The notes beneath the pieces were generated by a model. The model ran no database searches. It was not told where the DNA came from and saw only the letters and a list, made by a program, of their open reading frames with translations. DNA of 64,000 bases. Source: a virus (Duplodnaviria > Heunggongvirae > Uroviricota > Caudoviricetes). Below, in pieces: positions 37,553-47,247 of this stretch. The translations under genes and the position numbers were made by a program. Numbering within the stretch: position 1 is the first letter of the stretch; each line of letters begins with the position of its first letter. The stretch lies in the IMG/VR virus record IMGVR_UViG_3300008267_008434; one strand, given 5' to 3'.

Positions 37553-38428
37553 ATGAAAATATTTCTTACCGAAAAACAATTAAAATATTTAAAGTCAAAT
37601 CTTATTTCAGAGTCAGATGAGGTAAATCAATATGGGTTTACACAGGACGAAATGAAACGAATTGAAGAATTTGTTAGAAAAAATGTTAAACAACAATATG
37701 AATGGTTAAAAAAAGAAGTTGAGGAGGGTGAGGAACATGCGGAAATTTTGGAAAAAATAAAAAGTCATATTAAAAATAATCCTGATATACCTGAAAAATA
37801 TTTTGATTATATGATTAAAGAATATGAGGGTAAAGTAAAACAATACGAAAGAAATAAAAAGAACCTTGAAAATTTTGATTTTGAAGAGTATGTTAAAGAT
37901 GGTATTGATAGAGATATACACGGAGGAGCATATTCAATGTCTTGGAATATCAGAAGCGAAAAATGGGAGAAAGAACAATTAAATAGAAAGTTAACAAAAG
38001 AAGACATAACTGATATTTTAGTTACCGCTCTTGAGGGTGGATCCAATTATTGGTATTTAATTGATTTACCTGAAAATATAAAATCATATGGGCAATCAAA
38101 ATCTGAAGCGGTTGGTGAATATGTCTTACGAGGTGGGTCAATTGATTTCTACGATAAGGAAGAATATTATGATGTTAGGAGAGCATTAAAAGATGGTGAT
38201 TACAATATTGGTGATAGTGATGATATGGTTGATGAAAAGAGTTATCAGGAAGACATTGAAAATACTAAACTTGGACATATTGATATGAACAGAATATTAG
38301 AGGCAATAACAAAAATAAAAAGTGAATATCCTGAAGTTTGGAAAAATATATTATTGGAAAATGCGGATGCTGGAGATGCCGATGTATTCTTACAACTATG
38401 TGTAATGGGTGAAGTTGTTTATGGGTAA
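37553..38428 (+). CDS. Hypothetical protein with leader-like N-terminus 'MKIFLTEKQLKYL'
   Basis: 291 aa. N-terminal hydrophobic-LTE-x-QL motif. Confidence 0.45.
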   Translation: MKIFLTEKQLKYLKSNLISESDEVNQYGFTQDEMKRIEEFVRKNVKQQYEWLKKEVEEGEEHAEILEKIKSHIKNNPDIPEKYFDYMIKEYEGKVKQYERNKKNLENFDFEEYVKDGIDRDIHGGAYSMSWNIRSEKWEKEQLNRKLTKEDITDILVTALEGGSNYWYLIDLPENIKSYGQSKSEAVGEYVLRGGSIDFYDKEEYYDVRRALKDGDYNIGDSDDMVDEKSYQEDIENTKLGHIDMNRILEAITKIKSEYPEVWKNILLENADAGDADVFLQLCVMGEVVYG

Positions 38429-38446
38429 ATAAAAAATTATAAATTA

Positions 38447-38478
38447 AAAACCCCACTCAAAAGGTGGGGATTTTTTAT
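38447..38478. terminator. Bidirectional terminator between convergent genes
   Basis: ccccac-tcaaaag-gtgggg followed by atttttt. Confidence 0.6.
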
Positions 38479-39023
38479 TTAAGTGATAACCACTTTGACT
38501 TATAATTTTTGTTAGTTCCACAATACCTACCATACTCATTTACAATAGGTCTACCCGTGTTATAACAACCACAAACAACATTCCAGTCACCGTATTTATT
38601 ATAAAGTTTTCGTAGAAGTTTCATACTTGTCCTAATGTTCAACTCAATATCAGTCATAATTTTATGATTTGAATATTTTACTTTATTAATTGAATAAGAT
38701 GTCATAGGCATAATCTGCATCGGACCCAAAGCCCCAACACAAGAGATTCTTTCGGGATTGTACCTCCAATCAAAAGGACCTCTGTATGTTGTTTCTTTAT
38801 ACGCCACATTATATGCAACATACTTAGGAATGTTATATTCATCAGAGTATTTCTCAATACATTCATACATCCGAATAGAAATTGGTGAATTTGGAATACC
38901 TGATCCTTCATTCGTGAATTTACTATTAGATTGAATCTCAATCGTTGACATACCTGATAAGGTAATAATGGTAACAAGACATCCCATCAAGTATACCAAT
39001 TTTAAAATGTTGGATACTTTCAT
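38475..39023 (-). CDS. Lytic transglycosylase (SLT domain) with N-terminal signal-anchor
   Basis: 'ETTYRGPFD...SCVGALGPMQIMPMT' is the SLT catalytic region. N-terminal hydrophobic segment. Confidence 0.6.
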   Translation of the reverse strand: MKVSNILKLVYLMGCLVTIITLSGMSTIEIQSNSKFTNEGSGIPNSPISIRMYECIEKYSDEYNIPKYVAYNVAYKETTYRGPFDWRYNPERISCVGALGPMQIMPMTSYSINKVKYSNHKIMTDIELNIRTSMKLLRKLYNKYGDWNVVCGCYNTGRPIVNEYGRYCGTNKNYKSKWLSLK

Positions 39024-39029
39024 AATCTA

Positions 39030-39374
39030 TTATTTTGATGTGTCTGAGAAAATATTTCTAGCGTATAGTTTAAACACCGAAACACCGATTGAATCTTGAT
39101 AAACTGTGTAATCACCAGTTTTCTTGTCAATGATAATTAGATGGTTATGTTCATCTAATGCTAAGTTAACCTGACTACGATTAACTTTAACCATATGGAT
39201 GGTTGGTTTCTTTGGACCATATTCGTTATTATATGCTGAACCTGCGTAAAATCCCGCAAACAACGAAACCACAATAAACGACACAACTACCACATTTCTA
39301 AATAAAGGTTTATACCTTTCCACGAATTCATTAAATTTCTGTTTCATATTTTTAAGTTTTAAAGATTTATACAA
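39030..39374 (-). CDS. Single-TM membrane protein
   Basis: TM 'VVVSFIVVSLFAGFYAG'. Upstream of the SLT gene on the same strand. Confidence 0.4.
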   Translation of the reverse strand: MYKSLKLKNMKQKFNEFVERYKPLFRNVVVVSFIVVSLFAGFYAGSAYNNEYGPKKPTIHMVKVNRSQVNLALDEHNHLIIIDKKTGDYTVYQDSIGVSVFKLYARNIFSDTSK

Positions 39375-39435
39375 ACATAAGAATTTTTAAACAATAAGAC
39401 AAATGGTATTTACATTTTGGATCTGAAAGGTATTT

Positions 39436-40848
39436 ATGGTTATGAGAAAAAATTTAATATTAGAATCAGGATTAAGGGATATTAACAAATTAGCTAAAAG
39501 ATACCCTAAAGCTAAAATATATTTTCACCAAGATTTAGATGGTGTTACTACCGCACTTGCAATGAAACACTATTTGGAGAATAATGGTATTAAAGTTGTT
39601 GATGCCGAAATAATCCAATACGGGGATAAAGAATTTTCAGTTAAGAAATTAGATGCTGAAGGTGATACAATGCCTGTACTGGTAGATTTTGCCCACGGAA
39701 AACCAATGTTTGTTATTCATACCGATCACCACGATACTCAAGCCGGAGTTGAACAAGGAACATCAACAAGTTTTAGATCATCAAGATCGAATGTTGAAAC
39801 AATATCTCAAACAATATCACCTAAAGATATTTTCTCACCTGAAGACATTACATTAATATCAACTGTGGATTCTGCAGATTATGCAAAACACGATATCGCA
39901 CCTGAACAAGTGATGAACTACCTATTCAAATTAGATAAGGATAAAACATTACAAAGAAATAAAATGTTAATGGGGTTGGTTGTTAATAAACTATTATTAG
40001 CATATAAAAATAAACCAGGTTTTCTTGAAGAAATTGTTTTAACCGCAAATCCATCATTAATGAGTATCCTGAATAATATTAGAGGACAAATGATGAGTAA
40101 AGGATACGCTGAGGTTGGAGATCTTGAAAAGAATAAGGAAATGTATGTCCAAACGATGAAGTCACATCCTAATGTTAAAATTGATGACAACATTATTGTA
40201 CAATATGGTGGTGGATCAATGATGAAACCAGGTTCTTATGATAGATACACCCCATTTAGAAATAATCCTGATGCCGACTTCTTAGTTATTGCTTGGCCGT
40301 TAGGATTGGTTCAAGCATCCTGTAACCCATTCAAAAAAGAAAGAGCACTTAAAGGAGTTAACTTAGGTGAGATTAAAGATGAAGTATTAGGAAAATGGGA
40401 ATCACAATTAAAAGATAGGGATATTCCATTATCAACAATTAAGTGGATATCAGAATCAGGAAAAGGATTTACACCTGAATCTGTTGGGTTCACATATAAA
40501 GATTTTAGAGCGTTATACGGAGATAAATTCAAATCAAAAGACGGTAAAGATTTTATGAGAGATATTGATACGGCAATGTCAAAATCATTTACCGATTTAA
40601 CTGATGAAGAGATGAGTTTACTTGATAGTGTTACCGTAACTGCTTGGGACATTATCCAATCAAATAGTGGAGGACATAAATGTATAACTAACATTTCGGG
40701 ATTAAATTATATGGGTAGAAGTAAAAGACCACCTCAAGGGAAATACAAATATAGTTCTGAAAATGAGGACGCTGCGTATGTGAAATTTACTAAAATGATT
40801 CAGAATGAATTTGTTAGATTATTGAAAGAGAAAGTTCAAGAAGGTTAA
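39436..40848 (+). CDS. DHH/DHHA1-family phosphoesterase (NrnA/RecJ-like)
   Basis: Motif I 'HQDLDGVTTA', motif II 'LVDFAHG', motif III 'HTDHHD'. DHHA1 'GGH' in 'SNSGGHKC'. Confidence 0.6.
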   Translation: MVMRKNLILESGLRDINKLAKRYPKAKIYFHQDLDGVTTALAMKHYLENNGIKVVDAEIIQYGDKEFSVKKLDAEGDTMPVLVDFAHGKPMFVIHTDHHDTQAGVEQGTSTSFRSSRSNVETISQTISPKDIFSPEDITLISTVDSADYAKHDIAPEQVMNYLFKLDKDKTLQRNKMLMGLVVNKLLLAYKNKPGFLEEIVLTANPSLMSILNNIRGQMMSKGYAEVGDLEKNKEMYVQTMKSHPNVKIDDNIIVQYGGGSMMKPGSYDRYTPFRNNPDADFLVIAWPLGLVQASCNPFKKERALKGVNLGEIKDEVLGKWESQLKDRDIPLSTIKWISESGKGFTPESVGFTYKDFRALYGDKFKSKDGKDFMRDIDTAMSKSFTDLTDEEMSLLDSVTVTAWDIIQSNSGGHKCITNISGLNYMGRSKRPPQGKYKYSSENEDAAYVKFTKMIQNEFVRLLKEKVQEG

Positions 40849-41246
40849 TCAAAGTATACTCTATCTCCTTTTGTAATATCATATTCTTCACAGGTTCCGC
40901 CCATAACTTCTAATATCATATCACCATTACCAGGATATCTCTTACATGGGTTAGAAGTACAAGGTTCACAGTTATGATGTATCTTAACAATAGTATTGTT
41001 ACTTATATAGATAATATCCAAAGGAATTATACAATCCTTCATCCAAAAAGAATGTTCACTATCATTCATTATAAATAACATTCCATCAAATGTATCATCA
41101 AATTTTTTACCCATCATACCTTGTTGAGTGTCTTTTGATGTCATTACACATTTGACATTGAACAAATTGTTATTTATTATTATATCCATATACATAAATA
41201 TAATGGCTAATAGAAAACTAAAAAGATTTTCGGGAATACTTGTCAA
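40845..41246 (-). CDS. DUF192-family protein
   Basis: 'GMLFIMNDSEHSFWMKDCIIPLDIIYI' matches the DUF192 (COG1430) core. The true start is probably an internal Met to avoid overlap with the Nudix gene. Confidence 0.5.
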   Translation of the reverse strand: MTSIPENLFSFLLAIIFMYMDIIINNNLFNVKCVMTSKDTQQGMMGKKFDDTFDGMLFIMNDSEHSFWMKDCIIPLDIIYISNNTIVKIHHNCEPCTSNPCKRYPGNGDMILEVMGGTCEEYDITKGDRVYFD

Positions 41247-41631
41247 GTGTGGTAATAAATTTTTACTTTGTAAAAGAAGTCCTGATCAGTCTTCACCTAA
41301 TATATGGTCGGTTCCTGGTGGTGGTGTTGAGTATGGTGAAAAACCTAAAGAAACTGCAATTAGGGAGTTTTATGAGGAAACTAATATTGATTTAACTAAT
41401 GAGATTAATGACATAAGATTAGTTGGTACTTTTAATACATATACTAAAAATGGTGAAGTTAAAGGGATGATGTATATCTACTATTACCAATCAGATGTAG
41501 AGATATATCCTGATTTGGATATGGCTAAAGATGGACACGAACATAGCGAATGTGGGTACTTTAATTTCATGGATTTACCAATTGATGACCATAAAGACCC
41601 ATTATTTAGATTAATTTTAACACTTTTGTAA
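41203..41631 (+). CDS. Nudix hydrolase
   Basis: Nudix box 'GGGVEYGEKPKETAIREFYEETNI'. Start chosen at MANRKL. Confidence 0.8.
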   Translation: MANRKLKRFSGILVKCGNKFLLCKRSPDQSSPNIWSVPGGGVEYGEKPKETAIREFYEETNIDLTNEINDIRLVGTFNTYTKNGEVKGMMYIYYYQSDVEIYPDLDMAKDGHEHSECGYFNFMDLPIDDHKDPLFRLILTLL

Positions 41632-41784
41632 AAAAAAATTGTCTTTTGGTTAACTACAATATATTTATGTGATACAAAACAACATTCCCTTCTAATTTAT
41701 TGTTGGTTTAACATTAATGAAATCCCAAAAATTTTCGTAGTTGATTTTTTTTGGGATTTTTTTATGCCGTATCATTTTTATTTG

Positions 41785-41792
41785 TATATTTG
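41785..41792 (+). promoter_or_regulatory. -7 box TAtaTTTG
   Basis: 16 nt upstream of the ATG at 41809. Preceded by an AT-rich hairpin at 41721-41758. Confidence 0.35.
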
Positions 41793-41808
41793 TAGAAATA
41801 AAAAACAT

Positions 41809-42141
41809 ATGGGGACTTACATTTACACTTACAAGAAAAAATTTAATAAGAACGCAACTCTCAACGGAGAGAAAGTTGTTGTTGGAGAAGCAACATACCT
41901 TTGTAGAGCCGATTACAGTAACAACTACACAGCGGTTGAGAATCGTGAGATGATTAGAGCAACAAAACTTCCAAAAGGTGAACAACCTGACTATATCACT
42001 TTTGATGGTGAGAATGTTTACAAAAACAACAAGTTTGGTATGTGGAATGATGGTTCAGGGTTTTATAGTGGGATTCATCACGAAAACGATCTTGTTGGAA
42101 AATTAAAAAAAGTGGGTAGAAAATTTGTTATTGAGAAATAA
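41809..42141 (+). CDS. Hypothetical protein
   Basis: ORF starting MGTYIYTYKK. The listed 41764 start lies upstream of the promoter box. Confidence 0.4.
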   Translation: MGTYIYTYKKKFNKNATLNGEKVVVGEATYLCRADYSNNYTAVENREMIRATKLPKGEQPDYITFDGENVYKNNKFGMWNDGSGFYSGIHHENDLVGKLKKVGRKFVIEK

Positions 42142-42158
42142 TTTAATATCTTTGAGGT

Positions 42159-42434
42159 ATGAATAAGACGGCATTTAAAATCAGAATTATTAACGAATCG
42201 TTTGGAGAGTTACTAAACGAAGTATTTATTGATGAGACACAATTCAAAATTTTTTTGAAGATGGTTCACGGGTGTTTGGAACTTGAGAATGATTTAAGAT
42301 TCTTCAACGGAGATACATTCTTAATTAACATCCCATTCCGATTCTTGAAAGATTCCATTATTGTGACAGGAACTAAAGACATTGATATGGTTGAACCAAT
42401 CAAAAGTAAAATCGAGGCATTAATAACAAAGTAA
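42159..42434 (+). CDS. Hypothetical protein
   Basis: 91-aa ORF. Confidence 0.4.
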   Translation: MNKTAFKIRIINESFGELLNEVFIDETQFKIFLKMVHGCLELENDLRFFNGDTFLINIPFRFLKDSIIVTGTKDIDMVEPIKSKIEALITK

Positions 42435-42437
42435 TAT

Positions 42438-42887
42438 ATGAAAAAGTTAATTTATTTTATCACCATTATGTTGGTGATTGTTTCTTGTCAAAAGACTAAC
42501 CCACCACCTTACCCACCACCAATTCCACCACAACCTATTGTGACGGATACAACGGTGATTGATACCGCAACAAACCTAATTGGTGAGACATGGGTTATTG
42601 ATGGTTACCGAGTTAATGGTATTGGTGCAATTATTACGATTAGTGATACACTTGTCTTTAACACAATTAATTCGTATACTTTTAATGGTAATACCGCAAC
42701 CTACTCGTTTTATACAACCGCATCTGCGTATTCACTAACAATGAACTACACACCTTGGGGTAATTTAACTGGACCAATATTTGAAGGTAATTTAACTAGT
42801 GGAGTAATTCTCGGACTTAAATTCACCGACATTACAATGGGTTCAGGGAATCAAACGGATTATTACCTGTGGATGCATAGAATATAA
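42438..42887 (+). CDS. Putative lipoprotein
   Basis: Signal peptide ending 'LVIVSC' (lipobox Cys), then a PPYPPPIPPQP linker. Confidence 0.5.
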   Translation: MKKLIYFITIMLVIVSCQKTNPPPYPPPIPPQPIVTDTTVIDTATNLIGETWVIDGYRVNGIGAIITISDTLVFNTINSYTFNGNTATYSFYTTASAYSLTMNYTPWGNLTGPIFEGNLTSGVILGLKFTDITMGSGNQTDYYLWMHRI

Positions 42888-42950
42888 GTTTCCTTGTTTA
42901 GAAAAACAAGGTGGTGGTAGATCGATCCGTTAATGGACGACCCAAAAAAA

Positions 42951-42978
42951 AGGAATCAGAAATGGTTCCTTTTTTTTA
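42951..42978 (+). terminator. Terminator hairpin plus T8; also a perfect 8-bp hairpin at 42892-42911
   Basis: aggaa-loop-ttcct followed by tttttttt. A second hairpin ccttgttt-agaa-aaacaagg lies upstream. Confidence 0.5.
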
Positions 42979-43005
42979 TTTATGATATTTATAAATAAAA
43001 AAGTT

Positions 43006-43842
43006 ATGAATATCAGAAGAATTTTAATTTCCGAACAAGAAAAAAAAGACATATTATCGCAATATGGTGTAAAAAAAGATGTTATCTCTGAACAAACATT
43101 GAATGATGATGGAACATATACAATTAAGAATCTTCAAGAGTTTACAGTACACGCAATTCAGTATGGGGGTAGTGCACCTAGAGTTTACATTAAAAAAGGT
43201 GAGACAGTGAAAAAAAATACCGACGGTAAAAGTCTATCCGTAGATGTTTACTATAAAAAAGAAGACTCAACAGGTAAATTTACAGGTCCTTTGGTTAAAT
43301 CAGGGTCTAAAGGGAAATTTATTTGTGGTGATTATTTATTAAGATTTGAAGGTAGTGAACAAACTTACGAACAAATTGTAATGACTGGACAACCATTTAA
43401 AACTGCAATGAATAAATTATTCTGTGATGGAAATAAATTAAAATCTGATAAAGTAGTTGGAGGTGGTGGTGAAGAACAAAAACCAAAAACAGATAATAGA
43501 TGTAAATTTGTTGAGAAAGAATTCACAAATCAGCAAGTTTGTTATATTCCGAATGATAAAACTTGGATGTATGCAAAAACTGATGATGGAAAATGGTACA
43601 CAACTAAACAAACTGATAAAAAAACATGGTGTGAATTGACGACACCTAAATTCCAAAAGGCTATTGATAAATTAAATATTGAATGTAAAGGATTGGAACC
43701 AATATCAAAGTTGGAACTTAAACCAATTGGTACTATTGAAACTGAAAAGAATTTAGAATTGGTACCATCAAAACAACAAATGATTGATAAAGGTTTAGAG
43801 GCGGCTAAGTTTGTATCAAATCTACAAAACAGACCACAATAA
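43006..43842 (+). CDS. Hypothetical protein with leader motif 'MNIRRILISEQEKK'
   Basis: Start at the internal Met after the terminator T-tract. The N-terminus is paralogous to 'MNLQESIRRILREE' of the two minus-strand genes. Confidence 0.45.
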   Translation: MNIRRILISEQEKKDILSQYGVKKDVISEQTLNDDGTYTIKNLQEFTVHAIQYGGSAPRVYIKKGETVKKNTDGKSLSVDVYYKKEDSTGKFTGPLVKSGSKGKFICGDYLLRFEGSEQTYEQIVMTGQPFKTAMNKLFCDGNKLKSDKVVGGGGEEQKPKTDNRCKFVEKEFTNQQVCYIPNDKTWMYAKTDDGKWYTTKQTDKKTWCELTTPKFQKAIDKLNIECKGLEPISKLELKPIGTIETEKNLELVPSKQQMIDKGLEAAKFVSNLQNRPQ

Positions 43843-43846
43843 AATA

Positions 43847-43872
43847 AAAGGAACTTAGGTTCCTTTTTTTAT
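43847..43872 (+). terminator. Rho-independent terminator
   Basis: ggaac-ttag-gttcc followed by ttttttt. Confidence 0.55.
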
Positions 43873-43886
43873 TTAATTCTTTTTCA

Positions 43887-43894
43887 TATCTTTG
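43887..43894 (+). promoter_or_regulatory. -7 box TAtcTTTG, 4 nt before the ATG (leaderless-type)
   Basis: tatctttg-tggt-ATG. Confidence 0.45.
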
Positions 43895-43898
43895 TGGT

Positions 43899-44288
43899 AT
43901 GGAAAATACATTATATATCGTAAGAGGAATACCAGGTAGTGGTAAATCAACATTTGCAAAAACTTTAGGTGGACAACACTATGAAGCGGATATGTTCTTC
44001 ATTGATGAGAATGGTGTGTATAATTTTGATTTCACTAAAATAAAAGATGCGCATCAATGGTGTCAGAGTTTTGTTAAATCTGATATGATATTGGAATATC
44101 CCAAGATTGTGGTTTCAAATACATTCACACAAGAGTGGGAGATGCAACCATACATTGATATGGCGAAAGAACATGGGTATAAAGTATTCACTATTGTAGT
44201 TGAGAATAGACACGGAGGTGTAAATGAACATAATGTTCCCGAACAAGTTTTAGAAAATATGCGTAATCGTTTTGAAATTAACCTTTAA
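43899..44288 (+). CDS. P-loop polynucleotide 5'-kinase-like protein (T4 Pnk kinase-domain-like, AAA_33)
   Basis: 'GIPGSGKST' Walker A and 'HYEADMFF'. C-terminal 'VPEQVLENMRNRF' parallels the T4 Pnk kinase 'VPIDVLRSMYKSM'. Confidence 0.55.
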   Translation: MENTLYIVRGIPGSGKSTFAKTLGGQHYEADMFFIDENGVYNFDFTKIKDAHQWCQSFVKSDMILEYPKIVVSNTFTQEWEMQPYIDMAKEHGYKVFTIVVENRHGGVNEHNVPEQVLENMRNRFEINL

Positions 44289-44940
44289 CCAAAAACTTTT
44301 TAAAATCGGTTGTTGAAGGTTTTTCATTTTTAAAGTAATAAGTTTCTGTTTTACCATTATAAGTTATTTTCTTATAATATCCATCAGGAACCGTGGCGCC
44401 TGATTTGAGTATTGTGGATTTTTTTGAAAATACACAAATTACAATAACAGACACCTCATACTTTAATGCCAATTCTCTTTCATACGCTTCTAATAAACGC
44501 CAAGTGGTTCTATTGAGATCTTGTTGTTGTAATGTACAGTTAAGGTAACTAAATGTTTTCTTTAACATAATCTTATCACAATTAAAATCTGCGGCAGGTG
44601 CCATATGTCCCTTGTCCCAAATGTTATTTTCATAATCTTTTGAGTCAGATGTTTTAACAGAATCACAAGTGAAGAAATCCATACCAGATCTTGATGCATT
44701 ACCTGACGGACAATCCACGGTATAACTCACAGATAAAGGTTGTTCTAATTTCTCAGAATAAACAACGGTAAAAATATCACTTTTAATGATTACACTATCT
44801 CTTAATGGTTTTTGAGATAATAAAATAAAAGGGAAAATAAAAAATAAGGATAATAAAAACTTTTTCATTTCAATAAATATCAATATATTTGCAATTATGG
44901 GATTTAAAAAAATATTAACGACAGGAAAAGTGTTCATCAC
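44278..44940 (-). CDS. Secreted DNA/RNA non-specific endonuclease (NUC/Serratia-nuclease family)
   Basis: Signal peptide 'MKKFLLSLFFIFPFILLSQ'. Active-site 'DKGHMAPAADF' (DRGH motif). Confidence 0.6.
   Translation of the reverse strand: MMNTFPVVNIFLNPIIANILIFIEMKKFLLSLFFIFPFILLSQKPLRDSVIIKSDIFTVVYSEKLEQPLSVSYTVDCPSGNASRSGMDFFTCDSVKTSDSKDYENNIWDKGHMAPAADFNCDKIMLKKTFSYLNCTLQQQDLNRTTWRLLEAYERELALKYEVSVIVICVFSKKSTILKSGATVPDGYYKKITYNGKTETYYFKNEKPSTTDFKKFLVKG
44884..44891 (+). promoter_or_regulatory. -7 box TAtaTTTG, 5 nt before the ATG
   Basis: tatatttg-caatt-ATG. Confidence 0.45.
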
Positions 44941-45550
44941 AAGTGATACTCACTATGGACACAAAAATATATGTCGTGGTGTGACAAATTGGAGAACACA
45001 AGATGGTGAAGTACCGGTAGATTCTACTCGTGATTTTCAAACTATTGAACAAATGAACCAACGATTGGTTGACGGTATTAATAGTGTTGTTGGACAAGAT
45101 GATACCTTAATTATGTTGGGTGATGTTTCATTCGGAGGATTTGATAATATTGGAATCTTCCTTGAAAGATTGGTTTGTCACAACATTCACCTCGTACTTG
45201 GAAATCATGATCATCATATTGAGAACAACCGTGATTATGTACAAGGGAGATTCCTGAGTGTACAACACTATTTGGAGGTGAACATCAATGGGAAAGACTT
45301 TGTACTTTGTCATTACCCATTACAAAGTTGGAACGGATTGAATAAAGGTGTTATTCATTTACACGGTCATGTTCACTTACCTGAACACCGTAAATTTGGT
45401 AATGGTAAAAGAATGGATGTTGGTGTTGATGGTAACGGTATGGATCCATATAATATTGATGATATCATTAGAATTATGGGTAAAATACCTGTTGGTTCTG
45501 ACATGAGTGGTGATCATCATTTGGATGGTTTGGTTGGAGTTGTGGGTTAA
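44897..45550 (+). CDS. Calcineurin-like metallophosphoesterase
   Basis: 'ITSDTHYGH', 'LGDVSFGG', 'LVLGNHDHH', 'HLHGHVH' motifs. Confidence 0.6.
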   Translation: MGFKKILTTGKVFITSDTHYGHKNICRGVTNWRTQDGEVPVDSTRDFQTIEQMNQRLVDGINSVVGQDDTLIMLGDVSFGGFDNIGIFLERLVCHNIHLVLGNHDHHIENNRDYVQGRFLSVQHYLEVNINGKDFVLCHYPLQSWNGLNKGVIHLHGHVHLPEHRKFGNGKRMDVGVDGNGMDPYNIDDIIRIMGKIPVGSDMSGDHHLDGLVGVVG

Positions 45551-45576
45551 ATCACAACTCCTTTATATTTATATGT

Positions 45577-46827
45577 ATGAAGAAAAATTTAATCATTACT
45601 GAAAATCAACTTGAGATTATTGTAAATAATCTCTTACTGAATGAAGCCGTTGGAGTTCCTGAAGGAATCATTGAATCGGCTGAAGAACTATATGAAATCA
45701 TATTAAACCTATTAAAAGGTATGGATGATTACGACACAACACAAACATTTACTGAAGATAATTTAGATTTAACAATATCTGATTATAAAATACACGAATT
45801 AGAGTTAGCAGTTCAAGTTCACGAAATGGATGAATATGATGGACCATTCACTATGATATCAGCCGGTGTTGCAAATCAATTTAATTTTGATAGAAAACTA
45901 CTAATGAAGGTTCATAAACAGGATAACACAATTGAGTTACAATTACATTTTGCATCAAATGGGGATGATTGGGATTCCCAAGACCCTTATAATTACTTTA
46001 CTAATGATAGAGTTCAATTAATATCTGTAATTGCTCACGAAATTAAACATAAGTTTGATAAACAAAAAAAGACAACTGACTTGATAGGGAAAGATGCTGA
46101 TTATCAAGCATATGCAAGTCAAGGGTTAAACTTCGGAATTCCGGTTATTAGTGAATTTATGAGATATAGTTATTTCATTCAATATGTTGAAAATCTTGTT
46201 AGACCAACTGAAATGGCAACAAGAATGAAATTAACTGGAGTAACAAGAGAAAAGTTTAGAGAATTTTTTGAAAATGATAGTGTTGTTAAAGAACTAAAAG
46301 AAATTAGAGATTTTAGTTTTGAACATTTTATGGAAGAATTACATAATCAAATGGATCGTGTGGATGGTTTATTAGAACACGCAGATGTGGATTATGAAAA
46401 TATGACTGAAGAGGAAAAAATAAAGGTAGTTATGGATATAGTTTATATTAATCTTATTAGTGCTAAAAGAGATATTTTTGATAAAATGACGGATAGTGTT
46501 GATAGTGAAATGGCTAATTTTATGAGAATGTTAGGTATGGGTGTTAAGCGTGAGAACGATGAAGGATTGGAAAAAGTTAGACATAAATATTTAAATCAAC
46601 TTGCCAAATATCGTAATAGAGAAAGTCAGTTCTTTGTTGATGAATGTGAAAGATTTAACTATGTTGCAACAAAATTAATTAAACGACTTGTAAAAATATA
46701 TTCACTTATTCCTGACGAAAAAGAACAAACCAACGAATCAATTCTTAATTGGGAGTTACACCAACAAATAATGGAGAAAAAATACGGAAAAAGAAAAATA
46801 GAAAAAGAGTTTAAATTTAAACGGTAA
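45577..46827 (+). CDS. Hypothetical protein with leader-like N-terminus 'MKKNLIITENQLEIIV'
   Basis: 416-aa ORF. Confidence 0.45.
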   Translation: MKKNLIITENQLEIIVNNLLLNEAVGVPEGIIESAEELYEIILNLLKGMDDYDTTQTFTEDNLDLTISDYKIHELELAVQVHEMDEYDGPFTMISAGVANQFNFDRKLLMKVHKQDNTIELQLHFASNGDDWDSQDPYNYFTNDRVQLISVIAHEIKHKFDKQKKTTDLIGKDADYQAYASQGLNFGIPVISEFMRYSYFIQYVENLVRPTEMATRMKLTGVTREKFREFFENDSVVKELKEIRDFSFEHFMEELHNQMDRVDGLLEHADVDYENMTEEEKIKVVMDIVYINLISAKRDIFDKMTDSVDSEMANFMRMLGMGVKRENDEGLEKVRHKYLNQLAKYRNRESQFFVDECERFNYVATKLIKRLVKIYSLIPDEKEQTNESILNWELHQQIMEKKYGKRKIEKEFKFKR

Positions 46828-46833
46828 AATATA

Positions 46834-46861
46834 ATCCTTCACTTTTGTGGAGGATTTTTTA
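46834..46861 (+). terminator. Rho-independent terminator
   Basis: atccttcac-tttt-gtggaggat (one G-U pair) followed by ttttttatt. Confidence 0.55.
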
Positions 46862-46872
46862 TTATTCATAAT

Positions 46873-47241
46873 ATGAAAAAACTATTATTATTTATTCCAC
46901 TAATTACACTATTATCATTTAAATCATCAGAAAAAATCTACACAGGAACCGCATCTTATTACGGACAACATTGGACAGGTAGAAAGACATCATCAGGAGA
47001 ACTATTCCACAAAGACAGTTTAACTGCGGCTCATAAGTACTTTAAGTTCGGAACAATTGTGAAAGTAACAAACACAAGTAATGATTCTGTTAGATATGTT
47101 AAGATCAACGACAGGTTACCAAAATCATCAAGTTTTGTGATTGATTTGAGTTACGGAACCGCAAAGGAACTTAACTTCATTAGAAAAGGAATCACCAAAG
47201 TGACACTTGAACCAGTTGACACAGTTCCGATTAAGAAATAA
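46873..47241 (+). CDS. Secreted RlpA-like double-psi beta-barrel (DPBB) protein
   Basis: Signal peptide, then 'GTASYYGQHWTGRKTSSGELF...LTAAHKYFKFGTIVKVTN...VRYVKINDRLP', which is the RlpA/expansin-like DPBB signature. Confidence 0.6.
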   Translation: MKKLLLFIPLITLLSFKSSEKIYTGTASYYGQHWTGRKTSSGELFHKDSLTAAHKYFKFGTIVKVTNTSNDSVRYVKINDRLPKSSSFVIDLSYGTAKELNFIRKGITKVTLEPVDTVPIKK

Positions 47242-47247
47242 ATTTTA

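Noticed and set aside
42921-42940. ATCGAT-centred palindrome 'atcgatccgttaatggacgac' as a regulatory hairpin or tRNA fragment
   Set aside because: Only the 6-bp ClaI-like palindrome is self-complementary. There is no extended stem and no tRNA-like T-arm.
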